DNA of 62,113 nucleotides, filler included, from Choristocarpus tenellus KU-1152 (taxonomy: Eukaryota; Protista; Phaeophyceae): assembly GCA_964200185.2 (NCBI GenBank). It is 14 parts of 14 records of this genome, joined end to end, with 100 filler letters (N's around TTAATTAATTAA, not from the genome) between each part and the next. Parts side by side here need not be neighbours in the genome. Positions count along the whole stretch, not along the records: positions 24,956 to 29,997 come from CAXNAD020012071.1; positions 30,098 to 36,183 come from CAXNAD020008974.1; positions 36,284 to 39,466 come from CAXNAD020021720.1; 11 more parts are not named here. One strand, 5' to 3'. The notes below the pieces were generated by a model. That model searched no databases. It was not told the origin of the DNA and was given only the letters and a program-made list of their open reading frames with translations. Position 1 is the stretch's first letter, and every line of letters begins with the position of its first letter. Of this stretch, positions 25,125-37,880 are shown piece by piece. Position numbers and translations under genes: made by a program.

Positions 25125-27559
25125 AGCCACCGTCCTTGTATGATGCATTTTGGACTAAAATGCATTTAGGACCTACGCTTGGCGCTTGAGTGGGTGTAGA
25201 CTCTGTTATTATGGCTCAGGGAAGTTGTCGTTGGGTTCAAAGCTTGGAGCCTGGGTGGTTGCCGCCGCTTGGTTTGGGTGGGAAGAGAGGTCATCTGTTG
25301 TGGAAATCTCGATTTGTGCTGAAGATGGTGGTATGGAGTAAAATATGCTTGTGCGTCAACGTATTTGTAGTAAGGTTCTGTCAATTGCTCTGTGGTCCGA
25401 TCAACGCAAAGAGGGGATGAAAAAGGATTGGGGCAGGGCAGTAAAAGTACTAGAGGATGGCGGCAGAACGCACTAATGGAGATGAAATCTAGGTTGCCAC
25501 CGGGTCAATAAAAACGTGCGTATGGGGACACATAAACACAAACTCTTCGGGAAGATAATAAATTTAATATCAAATGCATAAGTCCGTTGATTTAGAGAAC
25601 GTCCGATCTCTCCATCATAACATGTCTGTCGAGGCATGTGTCGGACTGGCGAAGTAGAGGGTGACTCACGAACAGAAATTGGCCTATGTTGCTCCTCAAA
25701 GTCGTGTCTCTCATCGGTATGGTGGCAGTGTAGGACTTGTCCAGAACCAGGCCCGTGTAGGAGCGTCTTGGTCAATACTGTAGTGTTGAACAAGAAGCTG
25801 GATATTTCGCAAGTCGTCATTCTCCCATTTGACCTCGTAGGGGTAGCTGTCTCGCTCCTCTCTAACTTTCACCGTGTAGTGGGGCTGGTACTTGGTCACG
25901 GTCCCTCGTATTCACTGATCGTCCCATCTGAAGTATAGTTCCCTGCCCTCGGCTTTGGTATTGAGTGTTTCTCCCTCTTCTAAATCTGGCACATATCTCA
26001 GTGTCGGTTCAAGGGGTATATATTTCTATTTATCCTTCTCCATGTCCCTACGCTTCTGCTGGTAGTCAACAATCGACCGACGGCGTTGTCTGACACACAG
26101 GGCTGCAGCCTCATCACCGTCCCTCTTGTTCTTCTCTCGAAGTTGGTTGACACCCTCCTCGATCTCGTCCTCTGTCATGTACGACCCCAGTCGAGGGAGA
26201 AAAGATTTTTCGCCATCATCCGGGAGGTAGGACACTGAGTAAATGTACGCCCCCCTGAACCATCTACGTGAACATCGCTGACCTTCCCCTGTACGATGGC
26301 CCCCCCACTCGCGCGTAGGATGAAGCTGGTTCCTCGACCGAACCTGGCGTCAGATGTGTTCCCAAGTCTGAGTTGCCTAGAGAAGCGAGCAGGTATCCCA
26401 CCGAGGGATTGCCGTTTGGATTCCGAGGTGAACCTCTGGTATTGACCAGGCAGGATCGTGAACGTGTTGTCCAGGTGGTTGTGGTCGATATCTGTGAAGT
26501 CTGGGATGATGATAGCCTGAAGGGGCATGATGCGGGGACCAGGTAGTGCGTCCTGCATCACCACAAACATGTTCGTTGCAGGGGCTGTGTTCGTGTGTAG
26601 GACTATTGGCATGTGTTTGCGCGTGATGGCCTTGTTTGGTTGTATAGGGGTGTTGTTTGTTGATCTTTTTGAGAAACGGATAATTTTACGTATTCATACA
26701 TTTATGTCAGGGTTGCACGTTAAGAGAGGAATTTATGTGGGTTAGAGGGGATATAAGGGGATATGTGACATCTGTACATGGACAGCGTGGATTCATTCGT
26801 GTGGGGCATTGTTCTCTCTTAGAAGCAATAAGAAGCGTTCCTCACCTTGTCCGTTCGGGACATATGAATAGTTGGCACTCCATCAACAAAGCTAGCACTC
26901 AGCACCTCGAAGTCTTCAGTGACGAAGACGAACTCATCTACAGCACTGAACATCCCTCCGTAGCTGGAGTCGTGTGTCTGGCGTTCCATTGAATCATGTC
27001 CTTGCGGTGGACAGTGAACGGCAAGGACTCTATACCTATACCATTGTACTCCGATGACTACGTCCGCACAATGCATATGTTCCCCTCGGCGAGCTGTCTC
27101 TTCTTCCTTGACAGCTGACTTCTCAGATACACATCACCCGTTCCCACTTCTGTAGAAACTCCGAGGTCTATCTCCTTAAGCGGGGGCACGTGGGTTAGTT
27201 GCCACCTGCATTGGGCCAGGTTGCCGATGGAACAGTTCGTGCAGTAGCATGACAGTTCTGTGTATATCAATGTACGGGAGTCTACGGTGGTGAGCCGACC
27301 AGTGAAGAGACTGTGCATGGACTTGATTCCACTGAGGTTTGGGACTTGTGGGTCATGTCGTCTCGCACGGTCGATCTTGTAAGACGGAAGGCGGACTATC
27401 TCCTGTGTGCGGAATGTGTCGATGTATAGAAGTTTCGTATACGCGTTACTGTGCTGTCTGCCATCCCTGTCCACCCAATCCTAGGGGTTGTGGTGATTGT
27501 GTGCGTATAGGGGGAGGGGTGGTAAGTGTTGGAGTCAGTGTCGGCACTGAGGCAGTGTG

Positions 27560-28640
27560 CTGTGACCGATTCGATGTGATGGCATTTTCTTTGGGATGAT
27601 ATGTGCTACCTATTCCTGTAACAAGTGATTGGTAATGACAGATGGCAGGGTGTGATGAAACCAAAAACTTGGAGTTTGGGGTTAGATTGCCGATTGGTAG
27701 ACTTCTGAAAAATAGAGGGCGATGGTAGCAAGTGTGCATGGACTTTGTACGGTCGATTAAGAAGTCCGTATGTGCGATTATCCTGTGGTTCATGGTGTCG
27801 GCATGAAGGGAAGGCACGGATGTGACATAATGTGTCAACGAAATCTATTGGCTTTTATAGTGTATGGGTTAGCAAGGGGCGGGAGGGTGTAGACTGTCGC
27901 GAGTTGCAAACAGGGATTTATAATTGTGAGTGGGGAAATCATGCACGTGGTACATGTGGTATCTATACCTGCTGCAAGCGATGGATACATGACCGACCTT
28001 GTTACGTAGAAAGAAAACAATGATAACTTGGAGTTTTGAGTTAGTTGACCGATTGGCAGACTTATTCTAAATCGAGGGCGATGGTTGCAGGTGTGCACGG
28101 ACAGTGTGCGGTCGATTAATAAATGTGTACGTGCGATTATCATGTGATTCGTGGTGTGGACATGAAGGGAAGGCGCGGATGTGACATAATGGGTCAACTA
28201 TATCCATTGCGTGTTTAGCGTATGGATTATCAAGGGGCAGGAGGGTGCAGACTGATGCGAGTGGCAAGCAGGGATCAAATTATTGTGGGTGGGGAGAATC
28301 ATGCATGTAGTATATGTGGTATATATTCCTGCAACAAGCGATAGGTATATGGTCAACGTTGACACTGGAAAGAAAACAAGAGCTCGGAGTTTTGCGCGAG
28401 TTTGCCGATTGGCAGACTTGTACAAAATAGGTGGCGATAGTTGTAAGTGTGTACAGACTATCTGTGCAGTCATTTGATAAGTGCGTATATGTTATCTTGA
28501 CACTGCGTGTCGTGTCGGCATGAAGGGAGTGATGGATGTGACACAAGTTCGAACGGTACATATTGAGTGTTTGTTGCGTAAGGTGGGCAAGGGGTGTACG
28601 TGTTGGGGTTGTCACCAGTGGCAAACAGAGGCCGAACTTT
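27560..28640. repeat. Degenerate ~358-bp tandem repeat, 3 copies, inside a transposase intron
   Basis: GGATGTGACA(T/C)AA near 27818, 28177 and 28534; CCGATTGG(T/C)AGACTT and CATGAAGGGA recur with the same period. Confidence 0.8.
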
Positions 28641-29671
28641 GTGAGTGGGAGGGGAGTCATCATGTGGAGTGTGCCTACCTTTGTGACAATTGCCTGTCCG
28701 GGAGGAACCTTAAGACCTTTGCGGTAGCACCGCTCTTCCTCTAGTGTCGGATCCCTCAAGGTGTATTAAGTTTTGGTTGCCTTGATTGTATCCACTAGGG
28801 GTGGGGTTCCTGGCATGCAACCCGTGTAGTTCCAGTCTCCTTGCAGCAGACTTCACCACAGCCCCGACTCTATCAGACAAGGACTTGCCGTGGCAGGAGG
28901 CAAAGAAGTTGTGTACTACAGAAATTCCCATCCGCGCTAAAGACTGAGAAACCCACCACATCTGCCATCTGTTCTTGAATTGGCTCCCGCAGCCATCGGA
29001 CCAGATATGGAGGACCTCTAGGGTCTGTCCCTATTCACTGGCTAGAGGTATTAGGTGGTCTTTCACAAACATCTCCAAGGCGTTCTGGAAGAACTCGTTG
29101 TCTTGGCTTCGGTCTTCACTGCACACCGTCATGCTGTGAGCCCAAACTCTTCCCTTCCCAAGATTTCCCTCTTCTTTAAGATCCCTCAACCACCAGACAA
29201 TGGTCAGAAGCGCGAATAGATTGAAGAACTCTTGTTATGTCAAGTCTTGGTGGTTGTGTTGCAGGTGGGCGCTGAAGTCGATGGACATGACGGCCTGTCC
29301 TTTGGGGAGGAGGGATTTGCAGTGTTTGTATTGTTGCGCCTGCCGAATATTGGTGTTGTGATGAAGGAAGAAGCTCTTGTCGAAGTTTGCAAAGATGACG
29401 TTTAGGAGTGTAGGGAATCTCTCCGTCCTTGGGAACAGCACCTGTATCGAATGGGCCAGGTGGTCGCGTTTTGAGCGTTGTTGCTGGTGATAGGTCGTGG
29501 TGATTCAGACTTTGTTGTGGTGTAATCGATTATGTTCGGTGCTGTGGGAGGGAGTATCTGCTCGTTGTTTGACAGATACGCCGTGACACATTCAATGTAC
29601 ACTGTAATTATTACTCGAAGGAAACTGTCACTCACCTTTCGCCTCCGGCTGTTTTGAACGTAGACCCTGTG

Positions 29672-29928
29672 GAGTGAAATTATCTTAAAGGGTACGAGTT
29701 TCGTCCTATTTGTCTGTTTGAGGCTTGTCTTCCCAAGGGTTCTTTGTGACATTTAATCTGATCCGAAACGTTTTGGAGTAGGTAAAAAGTATACGTTATG
29801 AAAAGGTATGTCCGGAACAAGATCATTGACACTTCCTAACAACACAGTACCAAAACTACATCAAAACCGCAACATTGGATTTTAGCCCCCAAACGAACGC
29901 GGCTCTACCCCCTAAGATACTTTGACTC
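29672..29928. mobile_element. MITE family A, full copy with 4-bp TSD TGTG, inserted in the Sola2 transposase gene
   Basis: TGTG|GAGTGAAATTATCTTAAAGGGTA ... TACCCCCTAAGATACTTTGACTC|TGTG. Confidence 0.92.
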
Positions 29929-30899
29929 TGTGGCGTCTTCGTCATCGTTCTCCTCTGTCCTGTTCCTCCTGAAGTCGGGGGCGGACTCTCCCACCATNNN
30001 NNNNNNNNNNNNNNNNNNNNNNNNNNNNNNNNNNNNNNNNNTTAATTAATTAANNNNNNNNNNNNNNNNNNNNNNNNNNNNNNNNNNNNNNNNNNNNCCC
30101 CCCCAGATACTTTGACCCAGAATACATGGTCCAGAACTGTCCTCTGTACCTGATGTTCCAAATATATGATCCTACTACAACAGTTCATTTGTAATAACCT
30201 GTACATCCAGACAAAGTACAACAATCTCAATACTTCTGTCAATTCAATACCTTAGTACCCAAGTATTCATACGCAAGTATTGACATTATTCTTCCTCTAT
30301 GCAACCACTGCCGCACCACATATGGACCCCAAAGCAACTTCTGGTTATGGTGGGTGGGGACAGGCCTTTGCTTAAGATCTGCTTCGAAATACACCAGTTC
30401 ATCTCCCTACCGACCAAGGACCTTATCTGAACGATGGTGGTCTGGCTAGTGTCAAGATCCCGACCTGTTCATATATCATCCTCAGCGAAGGAGAAATGAC
30501 ATCTGTGATACATTTCTCGATTTGTACTCTACCTGTAAAGTCCTTGCCCCCATAGACCCTTGTTGTCTTGTTCAGGAATTTCAATTAGTCAATGGTTGGT
30601 GGAAGGTCTACGTGTCATATTGGGCACAGCAGTATATGTTTGTACTTCACCTAAGTCTTACATATTACTTTCATATATTTTTTACTTTGTTGACTTGAAT
30701 AGATGTAGTATAGTGTCCCAACCCGGTCTACGTTTTCATTACACAGACTGTTAGGTAGAGGACAGCAGGGCCCTTGTGCATCACAATCTTGAGGGAGGGT
30801 TATGGAAGGAGAGGATTTAGTCATGGACGTCAAGAATTGATTAGAACAAATATTCCAGGATGTTACATTCTTGTATGAGTAGAGCTCTATGTAGGCCCC

Positions 30900-32150
30900 T
30901 TGCTCCACATGGGAATTGAACTTGAACATGGCTGTATTAGCCCCCAAGTTATATTACCCTATATTTTTTTACATCTGTTGCTGTTGGTTTATCACTCCAC
31001 CACAACTGAGCTCTTGCTGCGGTGTACTTCACCTGGAAATTTATACCAGCACACGTTTTTTTGTACCACTTCGTCATTTCTCATGTTGTGATTGTGTATC
31101 CTCATGCCGTGATTTTGGACCTAGTAATATTTCCCTTTGGTTGTCTCCCCCTTCAGAGCGCAAAGCAAGAAACCTTCCTAGCTGTGTACAAGAAACCTTT
31201 AGTGTGTCAATGTTTGAATTCAGACATTTGTTTTGTTGTCACACACCCCGTGTGCCATGTACCAGAAGACTTTTCTCAGGTCCTCTACTCTCTATTGCTG
31301 ACCGTGGCTTGCTCAATGTAGATACTGCATGGGGTCAAGTGGGGCGGGAGCATACAGAGTACTTTGTTTGGAGCAAACAAATGGTAGCTCTAAGTTGATC
31401 GTGTAGTATTGATGGTGCCTACTCAATATCGAGTTGTGTGTGGTAGATTTTGCTCTTAAACTCAGTTGTCAGAAATTCCTCTAGAATAACAAGGGCAAGC
31501 TAGTCAAGCAAATCAATCGTTTTGGCAAACAAATACCATTACACTTCGCAGGTGACTGTTATCCATGTACTGATTCCAGTCAGTCGTTCCCATCTGGTAA
31601 AATCTATCAGACATGGAAGCAGCGACCAACCAGATCTTGCCCACGGACCTGTCATTTTTTTCTGCTTCCCTCGCCTCTCTGCTTTGAAGAATGTTGAAAA
31701 AGGTTGTTTGCGCACAGACTAGTGATTGCCTATTGCTATTTCAACGCTGCAAAGTCTATGAAGTTCCCCCCCCTATCAATGCTTTGAACTACACACACAT
31801 CAGGGGTATGTACTAAGTAGCATTCTTAGTATGTCTTATCAGGTGGTGTAATTATTGATAGGGCAAAGAGGAATTTGCTGCAAGAGGGGGTCACACACAC
31901 TATGCAACTGAATGTGATGGAGGTGGAGATAGTGTTAGAAGGACATACTGATGTAACCAGCAGATGATTAGTGCATGTTTCACGAGGGACCTTGATGAAC
32001 ATCTAGCCATCATGTTTGATTTTTTTGCATAAACACGAAGACCTGGTATTACCCACCGTAAATATCGACCCTCCTGAAGTCATTGGTGACTACAATATTT
32101 GCTGATTTGGCGTCTAAGGGTGTGATTTGTATGGGTCTGGCTTGTTGCAG
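30900..32150 (-). mobile_element. Possible highly decayed non-LTR (RTE-like) reverse transcriptase remnant
   Basis: Only weak fragments across frames (e.g. LFSTF/FSTFF, GDNQREILLG); no intact YADD motif. Confidence 0.25.
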
Positions 32151-32960
32151 AGTCTCAGACCCAAGGTTACACAATAGCACCCCACAAGCCCAACAATGAG
32201 GTCCATAATTGCATTGAACTCTTTGTTCCGATCTTTCCTTGGGGCTGGTTTTGATTTGTTCACGAATTCTGGACTTAGCTAATTACTCATTCAAAATAAT
32301 ACATCCACTCCACTCCTTATCAACTGTTGCCATACCACTCACTCCGTATCAAACCAACGTCACACCACCACCATTTTACCACCCCAACTCTGCGTTCAAC
32401 CCACATATCTACTCTTCAAACCACTGCAACAATTTTCGAGTATACTCTCAAAATCATTTTCGCCACTTTCTGGGTATCCACTTCCAAACCAATCTAGTCA
32501 ATTTCCTCCACTCCAACATCAATCCTCCCAAAGTGATCCACCTCCATCAACGACCCTCCTCTCACTCTTCAATAACACTCCACATTAACCCAAGAACAGA
32601 CAATCATCCAAGAAAACCCACCTCCGTCCACTTTGCGTCAATATTGTATCTAGTTCCTATGCCCTACCTCTTGCCCTAGTTGCCCCCAGTCCATACTACT
32701 CTCTGTTAAGGCTCTTGACATCCACACTTGTTCCCTCTGGATAATACTCACATGCACCATGAAGGCTCCTGACTTCCATCTCCCCTCACTCTATACACTT
32801 ATCTCAGGTGCCCCTATCACTGCCACGTTGCTCCCCCAATCCTGCCTGAGTGTAAACCGTACTCCTTTGGTTTCACCTTGAGTTTACATGTTATTCTCCC
32901 TCAATATGCATGTCGTCTGGAACTCTATGGTCAAGTTCTACTTCACGCCACCCTCTCCAT

Positions 32961-33304
32961 TGCAGTGCACAGGGAAGATCACCTGTCTTCAGGAGGCCCC
33001 ACTGTCCTTGGGGAACCCCCACTATCAGGTTTTTTCACTTCTTCACACACATTTTTGAAAACCTAACCCTAACCCTGACCCTAACCAAACTTGTATTTGA
33101 CAAATATCCCAAACCAGTCAAGGAAGCATTCTAGAAGAGGTGATCAAGAAGTATTGTTCACACTGGGGAATCTCAACCTCTCAATAATCTATCTCCAACC
33201 CTAACCCCGTCCCTAACCCAACATGTGTGTGAATAGTAACCCTAAGTGAAAACAGTATGATAGTGGGGGTTCCTGGAGACACGGGATCTCCCCTGTGCAC
33301 TGCA
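32961..33304. mobile_element. ~344-bp MITE with ~45-bp TIRs and internal telomere-like CCCTAA runs
   Basis: TGCAGTGCACAGGGAAGATCACCTGTCTTCAGGAGGCCCCACTGTC versus the reverse complement of the right end TGCAGTGCACAGGGGAGATCCCGTGTCTCCAGGAACCCCCACTATC; an extra partial end at ~33343-33366. Confidence 0.8.
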
Positions 33305-36300
33305 CCGTGCTCCCTGTCATTAGTCTCCAAGCCCAAGGCTGATTGCACTGCACAGGGAAGATCCCCTATGGATGGCGTGTGGAGTTTTACCTCACATTAT
33401 TTCCTGTACACTTTTTACAGAAGTTTGTGCGCATGTAGTTATATTCGATTCAATTCCAATAATCGATTTTTTTCTCTAGTCGATTTAATCCTAGCGACAA
33501 CTTCTCTCTGTTCACAACACATTTTTTATTTATTATTTATGTATTTATTTCCTACTGCCTACTTCAGACTTATTAATAGAAAATAATTAAAAGTTTCATC
33601 ATCAAATGCAAAAAAAAAATGTGATAGATACAACATTGAAAAAATATCATAATGCATTTATACATTGTTGTGTCCTTAGACACTCAGCTGATATGCAAGG
33701 GAAAAAGTCAAACCAATGTCACAAGGGTCTCTGTAAAAGTAACATTTGTCGTAAATGTGAGAGATACCTTTTCAAAAACTATTCACTATCTTGAGTACCA
33801 ACTATTCTACAACGCTCCCTTAAAGCTCGGTAATTACAATGTTATATGCAAATTTCTGCTATACCCCCAACCTGGCTTAGTCCTGCACAACTAGGTGAGG
33901 AGCTAGGGAAGCATCCCAAGAATCTGACAGGCCCCTCCTTGCCCATATTTGCCATGTGTCTCCAGCTTGAAATAATACATCATCAAAAGTGAAGATAGTC
34001 AGTTGTATCTAGTATAATAATAAAAATTAATTTCTACCAATTGTATTCCTCCCGACATCCTCAATACGAAGTATGGATATAATCTTCATGTGTTAGAATC
34101 CAAGAAACTCCAGACACCATTAGAAAGAGTACTACTATATTATACTACCTATATACACGTACAACTTCAACCTTCAACAAATTACACACATTTTTCATTT
34201 TTCACATGGATTGGTGAAACAAATTTGACGGTTGGAATCGTAAAAGTAGTGGACATTGTCTGGACATACCAGAGAAAAAGCTGGACTGGCTACCAGACAT
34301 GGTCCGGACACGACAGAGATTGATAGACCGTGGACCTGTTCCATATCAATTGGACAGGGTCTGGACGTGAAAGAGAATTTTTGACCCGGTTGGATCGGGG
34401 ACATGAACTAGTACAATATCCAATGGACATAGTCCAGACATGTTAGAAAATGTTCTGTCATGTCTGGTAAGTAGACACGGACCAGTTCAATACCTTGTTG
34501 GACATAGACCGGGACATGCCAGATAAATCTGGAAAAGGTCAAACCGCCGGATGCGACCATAGTAGTTTTCGATGAGTGAAACGCCCTGGTCATGTTGTTG
34601 CTTTGGCGAGAGAGGGTGTATGTAGAGAAGGTTCAAAGAAACGATATTTCTCTACCAATCACGATTGCCGTGTCGTCCAGGACTCGTTTCGTACGACCTA
34701 CTAATGAATTCTTCATCAAAAGAGAGGAATGGACACAATTCTTCCTTCCATACACTATTGAGTATTCAAATACAAATATTCTACATTAAATACAAGTAAT
34801 AACCGAGTATATACTATAGAAGCACGTGGCCCTAAATTACTTTATGTCATTGAAGAGCAAAGTATTCAGTGAAAAGCTCTACAGGAACGAAACTATAAAC
34901 CCAAGTTCATACCATCTTCTGTTACTAAACTAACAAGGAAAAATGAGAAGTTGTGCTCGGTCCCTACCGCTGGGCCTCACATCTTGAGCCTAAGAGGTAC
35001 ATCAAGTCGGAATTGTACTGAGAACTGTACTGGAATTTACATTTGTGTGTGTGTGTGTGTGATACATATGTCGCAGATGTGTGCGCAAATCATAAAACCA
35101 AGAGCTACCAATAAAGTGCGCCAAAGTAAACAACCCGCTCCACGTGAAAAATAGAAAAATAAACATTGCCAGTGAACAAACTGAGGAGTATCCTTGGACA
35201 CAAACTCCATTGCAACAGTGCACCAATCAACCAATAGCAAAAGTACATAACTAAATTCTTCATTCATATCAAGTGCCTGGTCCATTGCAAACTTCCAAGG
35301 TACAGTACTCCTGCCTTCACTCAACGTGTGGAACATGTGGGTGTGCTTTTGTCCAAAAATTACTTAAGTATACTACAACAGGGAGTGGTGCACAGCATGA
35401 AAGGCGCTCTAATCGCCATACCCTGCCATGACCCCCCTCACCAAGACATCCATCACCTGTAGAGACAGACTAAAAGAGAAAGGAGACATGTAGGGGAATG
35501 GAAATAGTTGAAAGAAGCCGTTCAGCCAGCATCGAGGCAGGCCCATATGTTGCTGGGAATAACACCACATCAAGAATAGAGAAACTACGGCTTCGGTCCT
35601 GTGTACAGTATAAAAAATGTCTCACTGTCCCCTCACGAACCTCTAGTTCAAGGGTGTGGAAAAGAACTCACTGTACAAAATACACCGGGGAATTCAGAGT
35701 GAGTAACAATACTGGATTAAGCATCTTACCACCACTAGAGGAACGCATTAGACTCTAGGACTAAAACTATGGGGGCAGTGTATTAGAGTTGGGGCTGAAA
35801 AGCGGTGTTCTAGGCCTAGGGCTGCAATCAAGGTGAGTGGGGAGTTAGTCAATGAGAACATGGCTTGTGCTTCTAGGCAAGCCAGAATTTGTAATTATAG
35901 GTGCAATGAAGATTAAAGGTTGAGGCCAAAATCCTCTCGACCGGTGCTATACTTCGTGCAGCAAGATAATACATTTCAATAGTTACAAAGGGGGAATTAT
36001 CCAGGCATTGTTGTAGGCGATAAAAACGGTATTAAGACTTCAACCTGAAACACTAACTACTCTTGCACATCGCGAGATTGATATAAACCTTGACAGCTGC
36101 TTGCCGTGCCTTGAAAGGAGACTAGGAGCAACGTGGACACAACTGGGTCAAAGTATCTGGGGGAGGGGGGGGTGGTTTGTGAGNNNNNNNNNNNNNNNNN
36201 NNNNNNNNNNNNNNNNNNNNNNNNNNNTTAATTAATTAANNNNNNNNNNNNNNNNNNNNNNNNNNNNNNNNNNNNNNNNNNNNTCCTCGCCATGGCCGGT

Positions 36301-36586
36301 CGCGGGTGGGGGGGGGGGGGGGGGGGGGTGGGGGGGGGGGGGGGGGGGGAGTTGTGTGGAGGCGAGAGAGATTCTTAATTTGGGATCTGTCTGTCTGTCT
36401 CTCCTTGGAGAGGTTCAAGTGTGTGCCATGATGACTCTCTGTATTGAGGTGTGAACAGTTTTTGTAGGTGTGGAGGTGTTGTCGGCAGGGTGGTATAGAG
36501 GTGTGTTGGTGATGTTTGAACATGCTATGAATTAAGGTGATACATTGTTAGCATCATTAGTATCACTATTTTTATCATTATTGTTC

Positions 36587-36776
36587 TTGTTTGTTGAAAT
36601 TCTCTTACATATATTTATTTTGTTATTATTATTGTTATTAATATTGTTTGTTGAAATCCTCTTACATATATTTATTTTGTTATTATTATTGTTATTAATA
36701 TTGTTTGTTGAAATCCTCTTACATATATTTATTTTGTTATTATTATTGTTATTAATATTGTTTGTTGAAATCCTCT
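36587..36776. repeat. 57-bp AT-rich minisatellite, about 3.3 near-perfect copies
   Basis: TTGTTTGTTGAAATCCTCTTACATATATTTATTTTGTTATTATTATTGTTATTAATA at 36587, 36644, 36701 and 36758 (partial). Confidence 0.92.
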
Positions 36777-37880
36777 GGTTAAACGAGGATTTACTACTAC
36801 TTCGCAAGCACTACTACTTCCACTTCGACCACTTCAAGGGACCTCTTTTTTTTAAAGAAAAAGGTTGACCGCTAATTGTTGTTTTTTTGTTTTTGTGTGT
36901 ATCTATTTACTCTTTGGGGAGTTCGAAGGCGGTACGGTTAGTTAGTTACACCGGCTCTTTTTAGTGACGTGAACCCCAACAGTTTTTAGAGTTGGCTCTC
37001 AGTTTGATTTGTTGGAATAACCAACTGAACAACAGTTGGAAAAAAAAATACAATTGAATTAAAAAAAAATCAAAAGCTTAAAAAAAAAAAGAAAGGAAAT
37101 TGCAATCAATACGAACGGGAAGTGTGTGACTGTACGTGTCAAGAGGTCACACAACCACAAATGACTTACTCTCACATTCATCACAAGGTGTCACTACCCA
37201 CAACCCACTACAGGCTCCACGGATTCGAATACGCCTGCTGAGGTTTGGTGGGAGAAGGCCACGTAGTTTTTTTTTTAAATAATATCTGCGTGGGTTTTTT
37301 TTTTTCATGTCTCGCCCTGTGCGTTCACATTGGTCAGGTCAATCACACCATCAAAATTGATATTTTTTTTCTAATTGTTTATTATTTTTAATCTTGAATC
37401 GTATGATTCTTTCTTTTGGTTCTCATCACTGTAGACCTTCCCCGCTCGCCTGCCGTTCTTCCCATTCTTCTTCTTCTTATTATTATTATTATTATTCCTA
37501 TGTGTTTCGCTTTTGCTCACGTGTGCCCTAACACTAGTTCTACACACTAATTTTTACATCTTTCAATCAATGTACTCGAGTATATCGCACGCCTCTTTTT
37601 TCCATTGAAGTCCCTAGCCTTAACTATAGCTGCCCTCAATTTGTATCAAGGTTAATTCGCCTTAGCCGTAACCCTAACCCTTACCCTTACCCTTACCCTT
37701 ACCCATCGTCTGTTCCCATGCAGTAGCGCTATTAATATTTTTACAAAACCCCCTGATGTCTCCACTAGTATTGATACACGGTCCCAGACTGACCATGCCC
37801 TCTAGAAACAACCTTTTTGTCTCTTCCCCCCCCCCCACACACACCCCCCACACCCCCTGCCGCCGACCATCTCTGCCCAG

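Larger units (their letters stand above)
25700..29997 (-). pseudogene. Intron-containing Sola2-type DDD transposase, inactivated
   Basis: Catalytic motifs AVMSIDFS, LHIWSDGCGSQFKN and HNFFASCHGKSLSDRVGAVVK in ~29460-28790; C-terminal GIKSMH..ELSCYCTNC..C in ~27470-27060; in-frame TAA at 29237-29235 and TAG at 29033-29031, a frameshift near 27075, and a MITE insertion. Confidence 0.82.

Noticed and set aside
36532-36868. ORFs with repeated hydrophobic or Asn-rich units
   Set aside because: Translations of a 57-bp minisatellite, not a protein
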